Below the pieces are notes generated by a model. That model made no database searches and had not been told where the DNA came from. It saw nothing but the letters and a program-made list of their open reading frames with translations. Below, in pieces: positions 10,619-20,897 of a stretch of 64,000 nt of DNA. Source of the stretch: Candidatus Aminicenantes bacterium (GTDB lineage Bacteria; Acidobacteriota; Aminicenantia; Aminicenantales; Aminicenantaceae); NCBI GenBank assembly GCA_016927475.1, contig JAFGMO010000082.1:13564-77563 (forward strand), given 5' to 3'. Every line of letters starts with the position of its first letter. Within the stretch, counting starts at the first letter, position 1. The position numbers and the translations under genes were made by a program.

Positions 10619-11950
10619 CTACTGAATATGGTTAATTAAGATGTTTATTTCGTTGTCGAATTCACGGTTTTTCGTTCTTAATTTCTCAATCTTACGAATA
10701 CTATGTATAACTGTTGTGTGATGTTTTCCACCGAATTTTTTCCCAATTTCAGGAAGGGAGGACTGCGTTAATTCTTTCGAAATATACATGGCTATCTGTC
10801 TAGGAAAAGAAAATTTTGGGGAGTTGTTTTTTGATTTGAGCTGGGAAAGTTTTATTTTGTATTTATGACAGACCAGTTTTTGAATTTTTTCAACCGTGAC
10901 AAGATTTGAGGAAGAATCCAGAAGTCCCTGAAGAGCTTCTTTGGCCAGGTCCAGGTCAATCCCTACGCCTTTTAGAGAGGAATAGGCGACAATACGCCGA
11001 AAATAGCCTTCGAGTTCCCTGATATTTGAATGGACCTTATCGGATATGTAGAGAGCAACGCTTTCAGGGAGATGGACAACCTCAAGTTCAGCTTTTTTGT
11101 TAAGAATAGCGATTCGAGTTTCAATATCAGGTGGTTTAAGGTCAGCAATGAGGCCCCATTCGAACCGGGATCTAAAGCGTTCTTCAAGATTTTTTATTTC
11201 TCGGGGGGGGCAGTCACTTGAGATCACAATCTGTTTTTGGTTGTCATATAGATGATTGAATGTGTGGAAAAATTCTTCTTTTGTCCTCTCGCGACCGCTG
11301 AGATAGTGGATATCGTCCATGAGAAGAACATCAATATTTCTATACTTTTGCCGGAAATCAAGAATTTTTCCGTATTGAAGATGGTTGATGAGGTCGTTCA
11401 TAAATTTTTCTGTTGTAATATAAAGGATCTTATGCCGGTGGTCCACTTTAAGCGACTGGTGACCTACGGCATTCATCAGGTGTGTTTTTCCCAGGCCTGC
11501 GCCTCCATATATATAGAGAGGATTGTAGGATTTTGCTGAGTTGTTCGCAACAGCCATGCAGGCGGCATGAGCAAATTGATTGCATGACCCGACGACAAAA
11601 TTTTCAAAGGTATAGTGAGGATTAAGATTGGGATTGAGAAGCCCTCCGTGTTTGAGATTCCGTTCTTTTGGTGATCGCCTCATAAATGTGGATGGAGATT
11701 CATCAAAGATAAACTTTATATTGAATATCTTATTGAAAATTTCTTGGGAACAGTTGTTGATCAAGCTCGAATAGTGAAAAGAAAGCCAGTCTTTAAAGTA
11801 GGAATTGGGAACCTTGACATAGAGAGAATCGGCTTCTTGACCTATATAGGAAGTGGGTTCAAACCAGGTTTCAAAACTGTTCTTGTCAATTTTTTTCTTG
11901 ATGAAATGTAGAATTTCAAACCAAGGATTTGATTTTTCTTTAGTTTCCAT
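10619..11950 (-). CDS. dnaA: Chromosomal replication initiator DnaA
   Basis: YNPLYIYGGAGLGKTHL Walker A, SRFEWGL, FGGKHHTTVIHS. Confidence 0.98.
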   Translation of the reverse strand: METKEKSNPWFEILHFIKKKIDKNSFETWFEPTSYIGQEADSLYVKVPNSYFKDWLSFHYSSLINNCSQEIFNKIFNIKFIFDESPSTFMRRSPKERNLKHGGLLNPNLNPHYTFENFVVGSCNQFAHAACMAVANNSAKSYNPLYIYGGAGLGKTHLMNAVGHQSLKVDHRHKILYITTEKFMNDLINHLQYGKILDFRQKYRNIDVLLMDDIHYLSGRERTKEEFFHTFNHLYDNQKQIVISSDCPPREIKNLEERFRSRFEWGLIADLKPPDIETRIAILNKKAELEVVHLPESVALYISDKVHSNIRELEGYFRRIVAYSSLKGVGIDLDLAKEALQGLLDSSSNLVTVEKIQKLVCHKYKIKLSQLKSKNNSPKFSFPRQIAMYISKELTQSSLPEIGKKFGGKHHTTVIHSIRKIEKLRTKNREFDNEINILINHIQ

Positions 11951-11963
11951 ATGGTCGGCTTAA

Positions 11964-11995
11964 ATTTCCACAGAATTATCCACAGATGTGGAAAA
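11964..11995. promoter_or_regulatory. Cluster of three DnaA boxes upstream of dnaA
   Basis: ATTTCCACA 11964-11972, perfect TTATCCACA 11976-11984, inverted TGTGGAAAA 11987-11995. Confidence 0.85.
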
Positions 11996-12082
11996 AATTC
12001 AAGGTTCGCTGATTTCAGTTTGAAAATGCGGGGGTATGATATCATGGGGAATTCAGCAATTCAAGCGATTATTAAAATTTTT

Positions 12083-15016
12083 TTAAAAATCGTATCCAAT
12101 CCAGAATTTTGTCATCAAATCTCCGGCTGAATTCATGTTCAGCGGATCGGAAAAACTTGGAATTTCCAGTCTTTTGACAAACTCAATATGGATAGGGAGC
12201 CCGAGGAAAAAAAACTGGAAACCGAATCCATATGATCCGAGGGCATCGATAATAGAGGATCCGGTTGAATCATAATAACGGGCGGGATTATCTCCTATTT
12301 TTGAGCGCGTCAGATCAAAGAAAAAAGCTCCCCGGACAGGCCCTATCTGGCCGATTAGGGTAGAGGCTGCATTGATCAGAGGAAAGCGGAATTCGATGTT
12401 GGTATACCATCCTTCATTGGCGACAATCGAGAAGAAGTAAACCGAACGAACCTGGTTGTTTCCACCGTAGTAGAAAATGAAGGGATTATCACCCCGGCTG
12501 GCGAAGGCTTTAAAACGTACGGCGAAAAGGGATTCCCCACCAATGTAAAAGTATTTCCGCAGGTCTGCCTCAAGAGTTGTATTGCACAGGAAATTATCTG
12601 AGACGGGGATGGCCTGGCTTAGGGAGAGGGCAAAAGTGTGTCCGTTCTTGGGTCCGTAGTAGTTAAAAAGAGTCGTCTCTCCGATAAGCGATACGGAAGC
12701 TTGGATAATGTTTCCGTTTAAAAAATAAGAATAACCGCCATAGCCGCCGTAAGGCGACCCATATTGATAATCTTCTTCATAGTTATAGTATCCGAGGCCC
12801 GCTTCCATGCGGTAATAGCGGTTGAACGGGTATAAGGCTGCTACTGTTGCTCCGGAAATCGTTCGTGTGGCGATCGCATCTTCGTATGTTATGGGATAGG
12901 CAGAATAAATAGGGTCGTAGTAATATTCGTAAGGATAATAATAAATGGTGTACTGAAATGCGTTGGCCATGAATTGAAGCCTTCTTTTCATATTGAGATA
13001 AGAAAAGCTGTAGGACCGGTAGGTTCGAACCTGATAGGCCACAAGATTGAAGGCGTGGTCTCCAAGGAGGTCGGTGAATGTTATGGCGGATCCTCCGAGG
13101 ATGGAACCGTCCGTGGAGACGATGGCGTTGATCGGTGGCCTGCCCATCAAGAATAAGTTTCCAAGGCCTTTATATTTTTTTATCTTTTTTTCATTGATGT
13201 CCAGGGTGATGATGGGCTCGAAACGTTCGTATTTTTCATCCTCTGTTCTATCTTTAAACTCCACTGTTTTTATCTCTTTTCCCTCAAGTTTGCTGGAGAA
13301 AATTTGAAAGGCTCCCTTGTTGAAGGAAGCGAAAACGATCTTCTCCGGTTCACCGGGAATGGGATTGGGGAAAAAGTTACCCGTTCGAACGTCCGTGTAC
13401 TGAATCATCGTTCCAGAATCAAGATCCAAAGAGTAAATATTGAAGGCACCGTTTCGGTCGCTTGAGAAGTACATCTTTTTTGCGTCCGGGGAGAAACTGG
13501 GAGCGATCGTATTTTCGCGGCCAAATGTTAGCTGCTTTTTTTGTTTCAGGTTGTCTAAAGGAGAAATGAACAGTTTATCGAAGGCATCAAGACGAAGGGT
13601 GTATGCGATATGTTTTCCATCCGGGGAGATGACGGGAGCTTTTTCGAAAAGGTCGTCTTCGGTCAGATTGGTGATCTTTTCGGTGGACAGGTTCAAACTG
13701 TAAATATCGTGCTGGCTATCAACAAAAGCGGTGAACACGATCTCATTTTTGCCGGGAATAAAAGCGGGGGCAGACGGATGGTCAACGGGAATGTTGATTT
13801 TGTCTATAATATCGCCGGTTATAATATCGACAATGAAAAGGGAGTGTTTATGACCTGCTCTGGCAAAAAAAGCCAGCCGGTTTCCGTCATCCGACCAAGC
13901 CAGATCGCGTCCGTACGAAGGATCAATCTCTCCTTTGATGTATTCATATTTTATCGTGTAACCGCCGGTGATATTTTTGATTTTGGATCCGTCTTTGACG
14001 GAGAAGAGGAGAATGTCGTAATCTTGATCTTTGATATTTATAGTCAGAACCGCCGCAATTTCTCCGGAGGGAGAGAGGCTGTGGGAGAAGGAGAAAAAAT
14101 ACGGATTCATCGGGAATTTGGGCCCGATGGGAAGACTGTAGTTCTCAGGATTTTCTTTAAGCAAAAAATCTTTGTATTTATCCCGCATATATTTTTTAAA
14201 TTCATGATAAAATTCTTGGGGGGGATTATTGAATATTTGGAATTTCCCCCTGCTTTGGATGACTTGGTAACGGGGAAAACTTTTAAGCGAACGCCAGAAC
14301 TCACGAATGGAAGACTTTCCGAATTTGTCCTCCATGAATTCATATATGGCGTGTCCGAATATGTAATCCATGCGCAGCATAGCGTATTGTGATATGAGGT
14401 TCCCTGATTCCGTAAAGAATGGAAACCGGTCGTTGAGTACGGCATCCCGGATCGTCAGTTCATCGACGATACTCCATGTCTTTGACGTGTATTCGCTGAA
14501 TCCTTCAAAAACCCATAAGGGGGGACCGCTGAGAGAATATATGGAGCCCGTCGGGCTTCCCCAAAGAAGGTCAAACTCAAAAATATGCGTCAATTCGTGT
14601 TCGATAAGGTCCTGTAATTCATCGGGTGCCATGTCCGCTCTAACGATGACCCTGTGAAGAACAGGCTCGGATACACCGAGAACATCTTCCGTTAATGATG
14701 TTATATTCGTTTGGACCAGGTCGGTGGAAGAGTTATAAAAAATAAGGGGGACTTTTTCCGACAGATGGTGCTTGAGTTCGTTGCTGACAAGCTGGTAGGC
14801 GCTTTCGGACATTTCGGCGACCATCTTGAGCAAGTTGCGATTTTCCGTGTAGTAGTGGATATCAAAATGATCTGTTTCGTAGTGTTTCCACTGGAAATTT
14901 TCATAGTTGACTTTGTTTTTCATGTAATAAGGAAAATATATGCTTTGGGCCGCCCCGAATGGGACCCAAATGAGTGTAAGAAATAAAATGATGAAAAGGC
15001 TTGTTTGTTTTTTCAT
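12083..15016 (-). CDS. Peptidase MA-like (HExxH) + PD40 beta-propeller + Omp85/BamA-type barrel outer-membrane protein
   Basis: Signal peptide; HELTH...WVFEGFSEY; repeats SPSG/SDDG/SPDG/SPDA; C-terminal barrel with GGNNQVRS and terminal Phe (GYDF). Confidence 0.75.
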   Translation of the reverse strand: MKKQTSLFIILFLTLIWVPFGAAQSIYFPYYMKNKVNYENFQWKHYETDHFDIHYYTENRNLLKMVAEMSESAYQLVSNELKHHLSEKVPLIFYNSSTDLVQTNITSLTEDVLGVSEPVLHRVIVRADMAPDELQDLIEHELTHIFEFDLLWGSPTGSIYSLSGPPLWVFEGFSEYTSKTWSIVDELTIRDAVLNDRFPFFTESGNLISQYAMLRMDYIFGHAIYEFMEDKFGKSSIREFWRSLKSFPRYQVIQSRGKFQIFNNPPQEFYHEFKKYMRDKYKDFLLKENPENYSLPIGPKFPMNPYFFSFSHSLSPSGEIAAVLTINIKDQDYDILLFSVKDGSKIKNITGGYTIKYEYIKGEIDPSYGRDLAWSDDGNRLAFFARAGHKHSLFIVDIITGDIIDKINIPVDHPSAPAFIPGKNEIVFTAFVDSQHDIYSLNLSTEKITNLTEDDLFEKAPVISPDGKHIAYTLRLDAFDKLFISPLDNLKQKKQLTFGRENTIAPSFSPDAKKMYFSSDRNGAFNIYSLDLDSGTMIQYTDVRTGNFFPNPIPGEPEKIVFASFNKGAFQIFSSKLEGKEIKTVEFKDRTEDEKYERFEPIITLDINEKKIKKYKGLGNLFLMGRPPINAIVSTDGSILGGSAITFTDLLGDHAFNLVAYQVRTYRSYSFSYLNMKRRLQFMANAFQYTIYYYPYEYYYDPIYSAYPITYEDAIATRTISGATVAALYPFNRYYRMEAGLGYYNYEEDYQYGSPYGGYGGYSYFLNGNIIQASVSLIGETTLFNYYGPKNGHTFALSLSQAIPVSDNFLCNTTLEADLRKYFYIGGESLFAVRFKAFASRGDNPFIFYYGGNNQVRSVYFFSIVANEGWYTNIEFRFPLINAASTLIGQIGPVRGAFFFDLTRSKIGDNPARYYDSTGSSIIDALGSYGFGFQFFFLGLPIHIEFVKRLEIPSFSDPLNMNSAGDLMTKFWIGYDF

Positions 15017-15029
15017 GACGGCACCCTTT

Positions 15030-15689
15030 TTATTTGATGATGAGGCGTCTTTCTTGAAATCTTCCTCTTCCTGTGAATATGGGGAAAAGACCTTCTTTGA
15101 CTTTTTGAATCAAGTCATAAAAGGCAAATTCTGAGGTTTGATTGGTATTGGCATAACCTTGGGATTCTTCATACTTTTTTTGGAAAAGGATCTCTCCCGT
15201 TTCCGCATTGATGAAAAAAATTTGCAGGGTCAGCGAATAGAAACGTCTTTCTGCAAGCCTCTCTTCCCGCTTGAAGGGATCTTCAAAACGGCCTCCCCTG
15301 GCCTCTCTAAGGGATTTTCGAATTTCTTTTTTGAAGGAAGATTTTCCTGTTAAAAAAATAGATTTTTTTTCGGAAGAACCGAGCTTTTTCCAATACTCTT
15401 TGTCATTGAAAACGTTTTCTTCCTGTATGGATAAGGACTTCTGGTCTATATCCCCTTCGAAGTACTGTTTGAGCTCCGAAGAAAAATAGTCTTTGATTTG
15501 TTTATTCAGTTCGAATTCGATTTTATCCGTGTCTTCAATACTGAAGTCGGTGATGAAAATTTTTTCGTATTTGCCGAGATCGATTTCCTGTTTTTGTGGG
15601 ACGGGAATACGAACTTTCCATTCAGTGAGGGATTTGCATGAGAAAAGAGAAAGGATAAGAATGATAAGAAGCAGTCTATTTTTTTTCAT
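15030..15689 (-). CDS. Hypothetical lipoprotein
   Basis: Start MKKNRLLLIILILSLFSC (lipobox) preferred over the track start 15824. Confidence 0.7.
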   Translation of the reverse strand: MKKNRLLLIILILSLFSCKSLTEWKVRIPVPQKQEIDLGKYEKIFITDFSIEDTDKIEFELNKQIKDYFSSELKQYFEGDIDQKSLSIQEENVFNDKEYWKKLGSSEKKSIFLTGKSSFKKEIRKSLREARGGRFEDPFKREERLAERRFYSLTLQIFFINAETGEILFQKKYEESQGYANTNQTSEFAFYDLIQKVKEGLFPIFTGRGRFQERRLIIK

Positions 15690-16035
15690 CTTTTTTTTCT
15701 TGCCCGGATGAGAGTACTTTTTTAAATTTCTCGTAATTGTCTGTAATAAATTCATTATCAGGTTGAATGTATAGAGCTTTCTCGTAGGCTTTTTTTGCCT
15801 CTTCGATAAGGCCTTTCGCTTCATAGGCTACGGCTAGGTTGTTGTAAGCTGCGGCCGAATTCGGGTCTTTTTCAATGGCTTTTTCCCACCTGAAAATCGC
15901 TTCTTCCCAGAGCCCTAATTGTGCGGCTTTGATCCCGAAATGTATTTGGTTGTCTACAAGGACACCCGAACATGAAATCATCCACGAAGAGGCCAATAAA
16001 ACGAGTGCGGCTGATAAATAATGTTTATATTTCAT
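15676..16035 (-). CDS. TPR lipoprotein
   Basis: Lipobox-like MISC; TPR consensus AAYNNLAVAYE..G..EEA...YEKAL. Confidence 0.85.
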   Translation of the reverse strand: MKYKHYLSAALVLLASSWMISCSGVLVDNQIHFGIKAAQLGLWEEAIFRWEKAIEKDPNSAAAYNNLAVAYEAKGLIEEAKKAYEKALYIQPDNEFITDNYEKFKKVLSSGQEKKDEKK

Positions 16036-16086
16036 GGTACTTTAAAAGTACTTCTTTTTCATAATTTCGTCAAGATGAACCAATGC

Positions 16087-16102
16087 AGCAATATTTATGC
16101 CA
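16087..16102 (-). promoter_or_regulatory. Sigma54 (-24/-12) promoter for the TPR-lipoprotein-Omp85 operon
   Basis: Minus strand TGGCATAAATATTGCT (GG-N10-GC), about 50 nt upstream of the ATG at 16035. Confidence 0.65.
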
Positions 16103-16358
16103 TGCTTTGCTGATGGGAAAAGAGAGCGGATGAAAAATAATTGTCCTTTTTCCAGGTCAACTGTCTTCAAAGGAGAAGGATAAGAATATGAAGGAAGAAA
16201 TTTTTTTTGGGGTGTTACAGAAAAATAAAATGGTGCCTGGGTTTTAAGCGCTATTTTGTGTGTCAAATTGTAAAGATTCTTAACGATGAAAAGATATATT
16301 CTGTGCTTGGATTCTTCTTAAAAATATGTTATAAAGGCTTTTCTGAGAGAGAAAATCA

Positions 16359-16550
16359 ATGGGTAAAGTATGTGAGATATGCGGTAAGGGCCCCAAATTC
16401 GGACAAACTTTAAGTCATTCCCACAAGGCCTCCAAAAAAAAATGGAACCCTAATCTTCAAAGGGTTAAAGCGCAGACTAAATCAGGAGTCAAACAGATTT
16501 GGGTTTGTACACGATGTATTCGCTCCGGAAAAGTCGTTAAAGTCGTCTGA
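16359..16550 (+). CDS. rpmB: 50S ribosomal protein L28
   Basis: CEICGKGP.FG..SHSH...WNPNLQRV...VCTRCIRSG. Confidence 0.96.
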   Translation: MGKVCEICGKGPKFGQTLSHSHKASKKKWNPNLQRVKAQTKSGVKQIWVCTRCIRSGKVVKVV

Positions 16551-16578
16551 TTCTGTCCCCCAACAAGCAAATTTTCTG

Positions 16579-18729
16579 TCAGGTTCTTTCCACGGAAAAA
16601 ATTTCTTTGATTCCCGTAATTTTCTGTATGATCCTGGTAAGATGGTGAATATCCCTAATCACAAGAGTAAGCTTTATCTGGGCTTTTCCATCCGGGAAAG
16701 TCAAAACATCTGCTTTTTTAATGTTGCCTTCTTCTTTAGCAATTATGGCCGTTAGTTTTGCCAGGAGCCCTGGTGAGTCGTCTCCTTTGATCAGAAGTTT
16801 TCCAGAATAATGCCCCGAAAGCGATTTGTCCCAGACGACCTCGACCATCCTGTGTTTTTTTAGAATTTCTTTTTGTACCAAAGGACAGCGCCGGGAATGG
16901 ATGGTAATACCTTTGCCCGATGTGATGTACCCGATGATGGATTCTCCTTTTATGGGGTTACAGCACTTAGCCAAATTAAGAAGCGAGGCTTCCGCCGCGG
17001 TCATTTTTAGGGGAGAATCTGATTTCTTTGAGACACGATGGACCACTTTTCGAAGAAGAGGCGCTTTTTTTTCTTTGGATTTTGTTGCGGCAAAAAGCCG
17101 TTTAAGTATTTTTTTATCCAAAACGATCTTTCCCGACCCAAGTAGCTCGTAAAAATCTTCGACTGTCTTGATTCGGTAATGAGTCAAACGGGAAAGGGAG
17201 TCCAATAGATTACGAGGGTTTTTTTCAGAATGCCTGTTCAGGTCGACCAGTGTTTTTTTCCATAGCTTTTTCCCCAGGGCGGTGTTTTTTTTCTTTTCCT
17301 CGAGGTTGAGCCAGTGCCTGATATGATTCCTGGCATTGGAGGTGAAAGCAATATTCAGCCATTGCCTGCTGGGTCTGGCCTCGGGTGATGTTATGGCTTC
17401 GACAAAATTTCCTGATTTCAGGATCGTTTTTAATGAAGCTTTTTTCCCATTGATCTTCACGGATGAACAATGAAGGCCGATTTCCGAGTGGATCTTAAAG
17501 GCGAAATCGAGAGCGGAAGCTCCCAGGGGTAGAGAGACCATTTTTCCTTTGGGAGTGTAGACGTAAACTTCTTCGGGGACAAGGTGCTTTTTAAGATTTT
17601 CCAGGAATTCTGTAGGATTTTTTTGTTCTTTATAAAATTCCGCCATCTCGCGCAGCCAGTGAAGCCGCGTATCTTCTTTGATAATATGATTCTGGTCCTC
17701 TTCTTTGTATTTCCAGTGCGCGGCGATTCCGTTTTCTGCTATTTCATGCATTTCATGAGTTCGGATCTGGATTTCGATGGTCCGCTGTTCCTTTGTTATG
17801 ATGGTCGTGTGAAGGGATTGATAGAGATTGGGTTTGGGCATGGCGATAAGATCCCTAAATCTCTTAGGAAGATGCGGCCAGGACTGATGAATGATTCCTA
17901 AAGAGGCATAGCAGTGGTTTATGGAGTCGGTAAGCAGGCGAAGGGCCATAAAATCAAAAACCTGTTCGAAATCAATTTTTCGCCGATTCATCTTGTTATA
18001 GATACTATAGGGACGTTTGAGTCGTGAAGACAGCTCTGCCGGTATGTTATTTTTTTTCATAATAAGGGAAAGATTTTTGCTCAATTTATCAAGCTCTTTT
18101 TCCGCTTTTTTTTTCAGCGGTTCGACTAAAGAAGCTATCTTGAAAAAGTTTTCCGGGGATACATAACGAAAAGACAAGTCCTCAAGCTCGGCTTTAATCC
18201 TGCCCATTCCCAACCTGTTGGCGATGGGTGCATAGATATCAAGAGTTTCCTGAGCCACTTGTTTTTGCTTGTCCTGGGGAAGAAATTTCAAGGTTTTAAG
18301 ATTGTGAATGCGGTCGGCAAGCTTGATAAAAATGACCCGCAGGTCATCCGTCATGGCCAGGATGATTTTCCGGATGCTTTCCGCCTGGCGGGCTTCGGGA
18401 GAGGATTCTTGAATGCGGCTGATTTTGGTAACGCCTTCAACCAATTGGGTGATTTCTTTGCCGAACGTCTTTGTCAGTTCGGGAGCGGTAACATCCGTAT
18501 CCTCGAGGACGTCATGGAGCAAGCCCGAACAAATCGTTACCACGTCGAGTTTCATATCCGCCAGCATATTGGCCACTTCCAAGGGGTGGCTTAAGTAAGG
18601 TTCTCCCGAGCGGCGAACCTGGCCTTTATGGGCCTGAGCTGCAAAAACGTAAGCTTTTTGCAGCTGCGTGGAATCCTTTCCTTTATAGTATGAAGATACT
18701 TTTTCAAGGATATCGTCAAAACGGATCAT
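16579..18729 (-). CDS. rel: Bifunctional (p)ppGpp synthetase/hydrolase (long RSH)
   Basis: Intact HD motif (LLHDVLED), YQSLHT, AAHWKYK, TGS domain, AKCCNP ZFD, ACT domain. Confidence 0.95.
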   Translation of the reverse strand: MIRFDDILEKVSSYYKGKDSTQLQKAYVFAAQAHKGQVRRSGEPYLSHPLEVANMLADMKLDVVTICSGLLHDVLEDTDVTAPELTKTFGKEITQLVEGVTKISRIQESSPEARQAESIRKIILAMTDDLRVIFIKLADRIHNLKTLKFLPQDKQKQVAQETLDIYAPIANRLGMGRIKAELEDLSFRYVSPENFFKIASLVEPLKKKAEKELDKLSKNLSLIMKKNNIPAELSSRLKRPYSIYNKMNRRKIDFEQVFDFMALRLLTDSINHCYASLGIIHQSWPHLPKRFRDLIAMPKPNLYQSLHTTIITKEQRTIEIQIRTHEMHEIAENGIAAHWKYKEEDQNHIIKEDTRLHWLREMAEFYKEQKNPTEFLENLKKHLVPEEVYVYTPKGKMVSLPLGASALDFAFKIHSEIGLHCSSVKINGKKASLKTILKSGNFVEAITSPEARPSRQWLNIAFTSNARNHIRHWLNLEEKKKNTALGKKLWKKTLVDLNRHSEKNPRNLLDSLSRLTHYRIKTVEDFYELLGSGKIVLDKKILKRLFAATKSKEKKAPLLRKVVHRVSKKSDSPLKMTAAEASLLNLAKCCNPIKGESIIGYITSGKGITIHSRRCPLVQKEILKKHRMVEVVWDKSLSGHYSGKLLIKGDDSPGLLAKLTAIIAKEEGNIKKADVLTFPDGKAQIKLTLVIRDIHHLTRIIQKITGIKEIFSVERT

Positions 18730-18747
18730 GATTTTATCTCGTTTTAA

Positions 18748-19338
18748 TCATTTTTGAGAAAGCCGTCGATTTTCCTGTTCGATGATCCATTCGACAGCTT
18801 CCAAAAGGTTTTGGGAAATGTGCGCCGGCGGCATATCCGTTTTTTGGAGTTGCGGCAGGGAGTCTTTTCCATATCCCGTCAGAACGAGTACAGGCCTGGC
18901 CTGGATATTATATCCGAAGGCTATATCGCTTACTTTATCCCCCACGACATAGGATCCCTTCAAGTTTATGTTGAGGTCGGCGGCAGCTTTAAGGGCCATG
19001 CCCGGATTTGGTTTGGCACAGTCACAGTCCGCTCTATAGCGTGGGTCTGGGGAGCTGGTGAAGTGGGGACAGAAATATACGCCATCGATATGGGCGTTAT
19101 TCAACTCGAATTCTTTCTTCATCTTATTATGGATGTCGAGAAGGTTTTTTTCTTCAATAAGCCCCCTTCCAATACCGGATTGGTTGGTCACGATTACAGC
19201 CAGTAGCCCGGCATGGTTGATCTTTCTGACGGCCTCGAAGCTGTAAGGATATATTTTGATCTTATCATAGGAGTTCGGATAGCCGACATCTTCGTTGATG
19301 TTTCCGTCTCTATCGAGGAATACAGCGATTTTTTTCAT
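18748..19338 (-). CDS. gmhB: D-glycero-D-manno-heptose bisphosphate phosphatase
   Basis: FLDRDG, VTNQSG, CPH...CDCAKP.PGM, GDK.SD. Confidence 0.9.
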   Translation of the reverse strand: MKKIAVFLDRDGNINEDVGYPNSYDKIKIYPYSFEAVRKINHAGLLAVIVTNQSGIGRGLIEEKNLLDIHNKMKKEFELNNAHIDGVYFCPHFTSSPDPRYRADCDCAKPNPGMALKAAADLNINLKGSYVVGDKVSDIAFGYNIQARPVLVLTGYGKDSLPQLQKTDMPPAHISQNLLEAVEWIIEQENRRLSQK

Positions 19339-20345
19339 TTCAAAAAGGACCGGCAGGCTTCATAGACTTCTTCGGGGGAGATAGACATCATGCACCGGTG
19401 GTCAAAAGGGCAATCCCTGTAGAAACAGGGCCAACAGGCAGCTTGCTTAAAAAGAACCTTTGATGGATCTTGAAGTGGACCCGTAATTTTGGGGTCTGTG
19501 GGACCGAAAACGGCGACCACGGGAATCTTAAACGCATTTGCTATATGCATGGGACCCGAATCATTGGTGACAAACACATCGGCCTGACTGATGAAAGCAG
19601 AGAGTTGGCGGATGGTTGTCCGTCCCGAGAGGATAATCGGTTTTAGGTCCATGGACGAGGCGATTTTCTCGGACAGGGGAATCTCTTCCGCGGACCCCGT
19701 GATAATGATATTTCCTTTGTGATTTTTTTGGAGAAGGGATGCCAGCTCGGCAAACCTTGAGACCGGCCATCTTTTTGCCGAGCCGTAATAGGCGCCGGGA
19801 TTGAGGAAAATCAACGGACGGGAAAAGTCGACGTTTAGCTTGAGAAGACTCTCCCGGGCCTCCTTTTTTTCATCGGAAGAGAGGGGCAGAGACAGCTCTT
19901 CGGTATATATTTTCATTCCAAGAAGGCGGAGAAGTGAAAGGTAATATTCGGCTTGATGAATTTCCCCGATGCTGTTTTTCTTAACACTTTGGGTAAGGAG
20001 AAAACCCCGTCCGTCTCTATTGAATCCCCAGCGATGGGGAATGCCGGCAAGGAAAAACAGAAGAGCCGAAGAAAAAGAATTGGGAAAAAGAAGTCCTGCG
20101 TCAAAGAGATATGTTTTAAGCTTTTTAGCTGCGGAACGATAACTTTTGATGCTGCCCGACTCGGGAATGGGAACAAATCCTTTGACAAAGTCGAAAGAGC
20201 GGAAAAGACCTTGAACCCATCGGTCAGCCGCCAGCCAAATCTCGGCTTCCGGATGATTTTTCTGAAGACACTTCAAGGCGGGAATGCATAGAATGGAATC
20301 ACCGATCCAGTTGGGTGTTCGGACGACGATTTTCATGACCTTCAT
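19335..20345 (-). CDS. waaF: LPS heptosyltransferase II (GT9)
   Basis: PNWIGD, PGAYYGSAKRWP, NDSGPMH, FGPT; start uncertain. Confidence 0.88.
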   Translation of the reverse strand: MKVMKIVVRTPNWIGDSILCIPALKCLQKNHPEAEIWLAADRWVQGLFRSFDFVKGFVPIPESGSIKSYRSAAKKLKTYLFDAGLLFPNSFSSALLFFLAGIPHRWGFNRDGRGFLLTQSVKKNSIGEIHQAEYYLSLLRLLGMKIYTEELSLPLSSDEKKEARESLLKLNVDFSRPLIFLNPGAYYGSAKRWPVSRFAELASLLQKNHKGNIIITGSAEEIPLSEKIASSMDLKPIILSGRTTIRQLSAFISQADVFVTNDSGPMHIANAFKIPVVAVFGPTDPKITGPLQDPSKVLFKQAACWPCFYRDCPFDHRCMMSISPEEVYEACRSFLK

Positions 20346-20462
20346 TTTAATCTTGACGAATAAGGTTGTCAAAACAGGACTTGTTCGTGGCCTTTGAGTT
20401 TTTTATCTTGGTCCCATCAGGGCTGCATGATGTCCAGGTGTGGAAAAGGGGCCCGAAAAAAA

Positions 20463-20744
20463 TCAGGTCGTTTTCTGCGGTGGAAAGCCGTCTTTTTCTT
20501 TTGATTCCTTATTCGTTTTTTTGGATTCAGGTTTGCTCTTTTTGTAGGAATGGGGAGTCGTTTTTTTTCGTGCATAATCCGTAATGTACCAGCCATTCCC
20601 TTTGAATTGGATGGCAGGTGCGGATACCAGTTTTGTGACTTTTCCTCCGCAGCGCGGACATTTTTTTAACGGAGTGTCCTTTACGCTCTGAATGATCTCA
20701 AATACGTCTCCACAGTCTGAACATTTGTATTCATATATCGGCAT
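20463..20744 (-). CDS. FmdB family zinc-ribbon protein
   Basis: [12 protein letters not shown]...CPRCGG...FKGNGWY.TDY. Confidence 0.9.
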   Translation of the reverse strand: MPIYEYKCSDCGDVFEIIQSVKDTPLKKCPRCGGKVTKLVSAPAIQFKGNGWYITDYARKKTTPHSYKKSKPESKKTNKESKEKDGFPPQKTT

Positions 20745-20814
20745 GTTTGTCCCTATACATAGAAAAATAATATTAAAAATTCATTATAGCAAAGAAAGGG
20801 TAAGAATTAAAAGG

Positions 20815-20883
20815 TAACCTGTATTATTCAAGAGCCAAGCTTACCGTAGATGTAAGGTGCAGCCTGTGAAGTTGTACAGGTTA
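20815..20883 (+). mobile_element. Miniature inverted-repeat element, copy A
   Basis: TAACCTGTATTATTCA...TACAGGTTA; 49 of 61 aligned columns identical to the reverse complement of 23399-23459 (hand alignment). Confidence 0.7.
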
Positions 20884-20897
20884 GACGATTTAACCGG

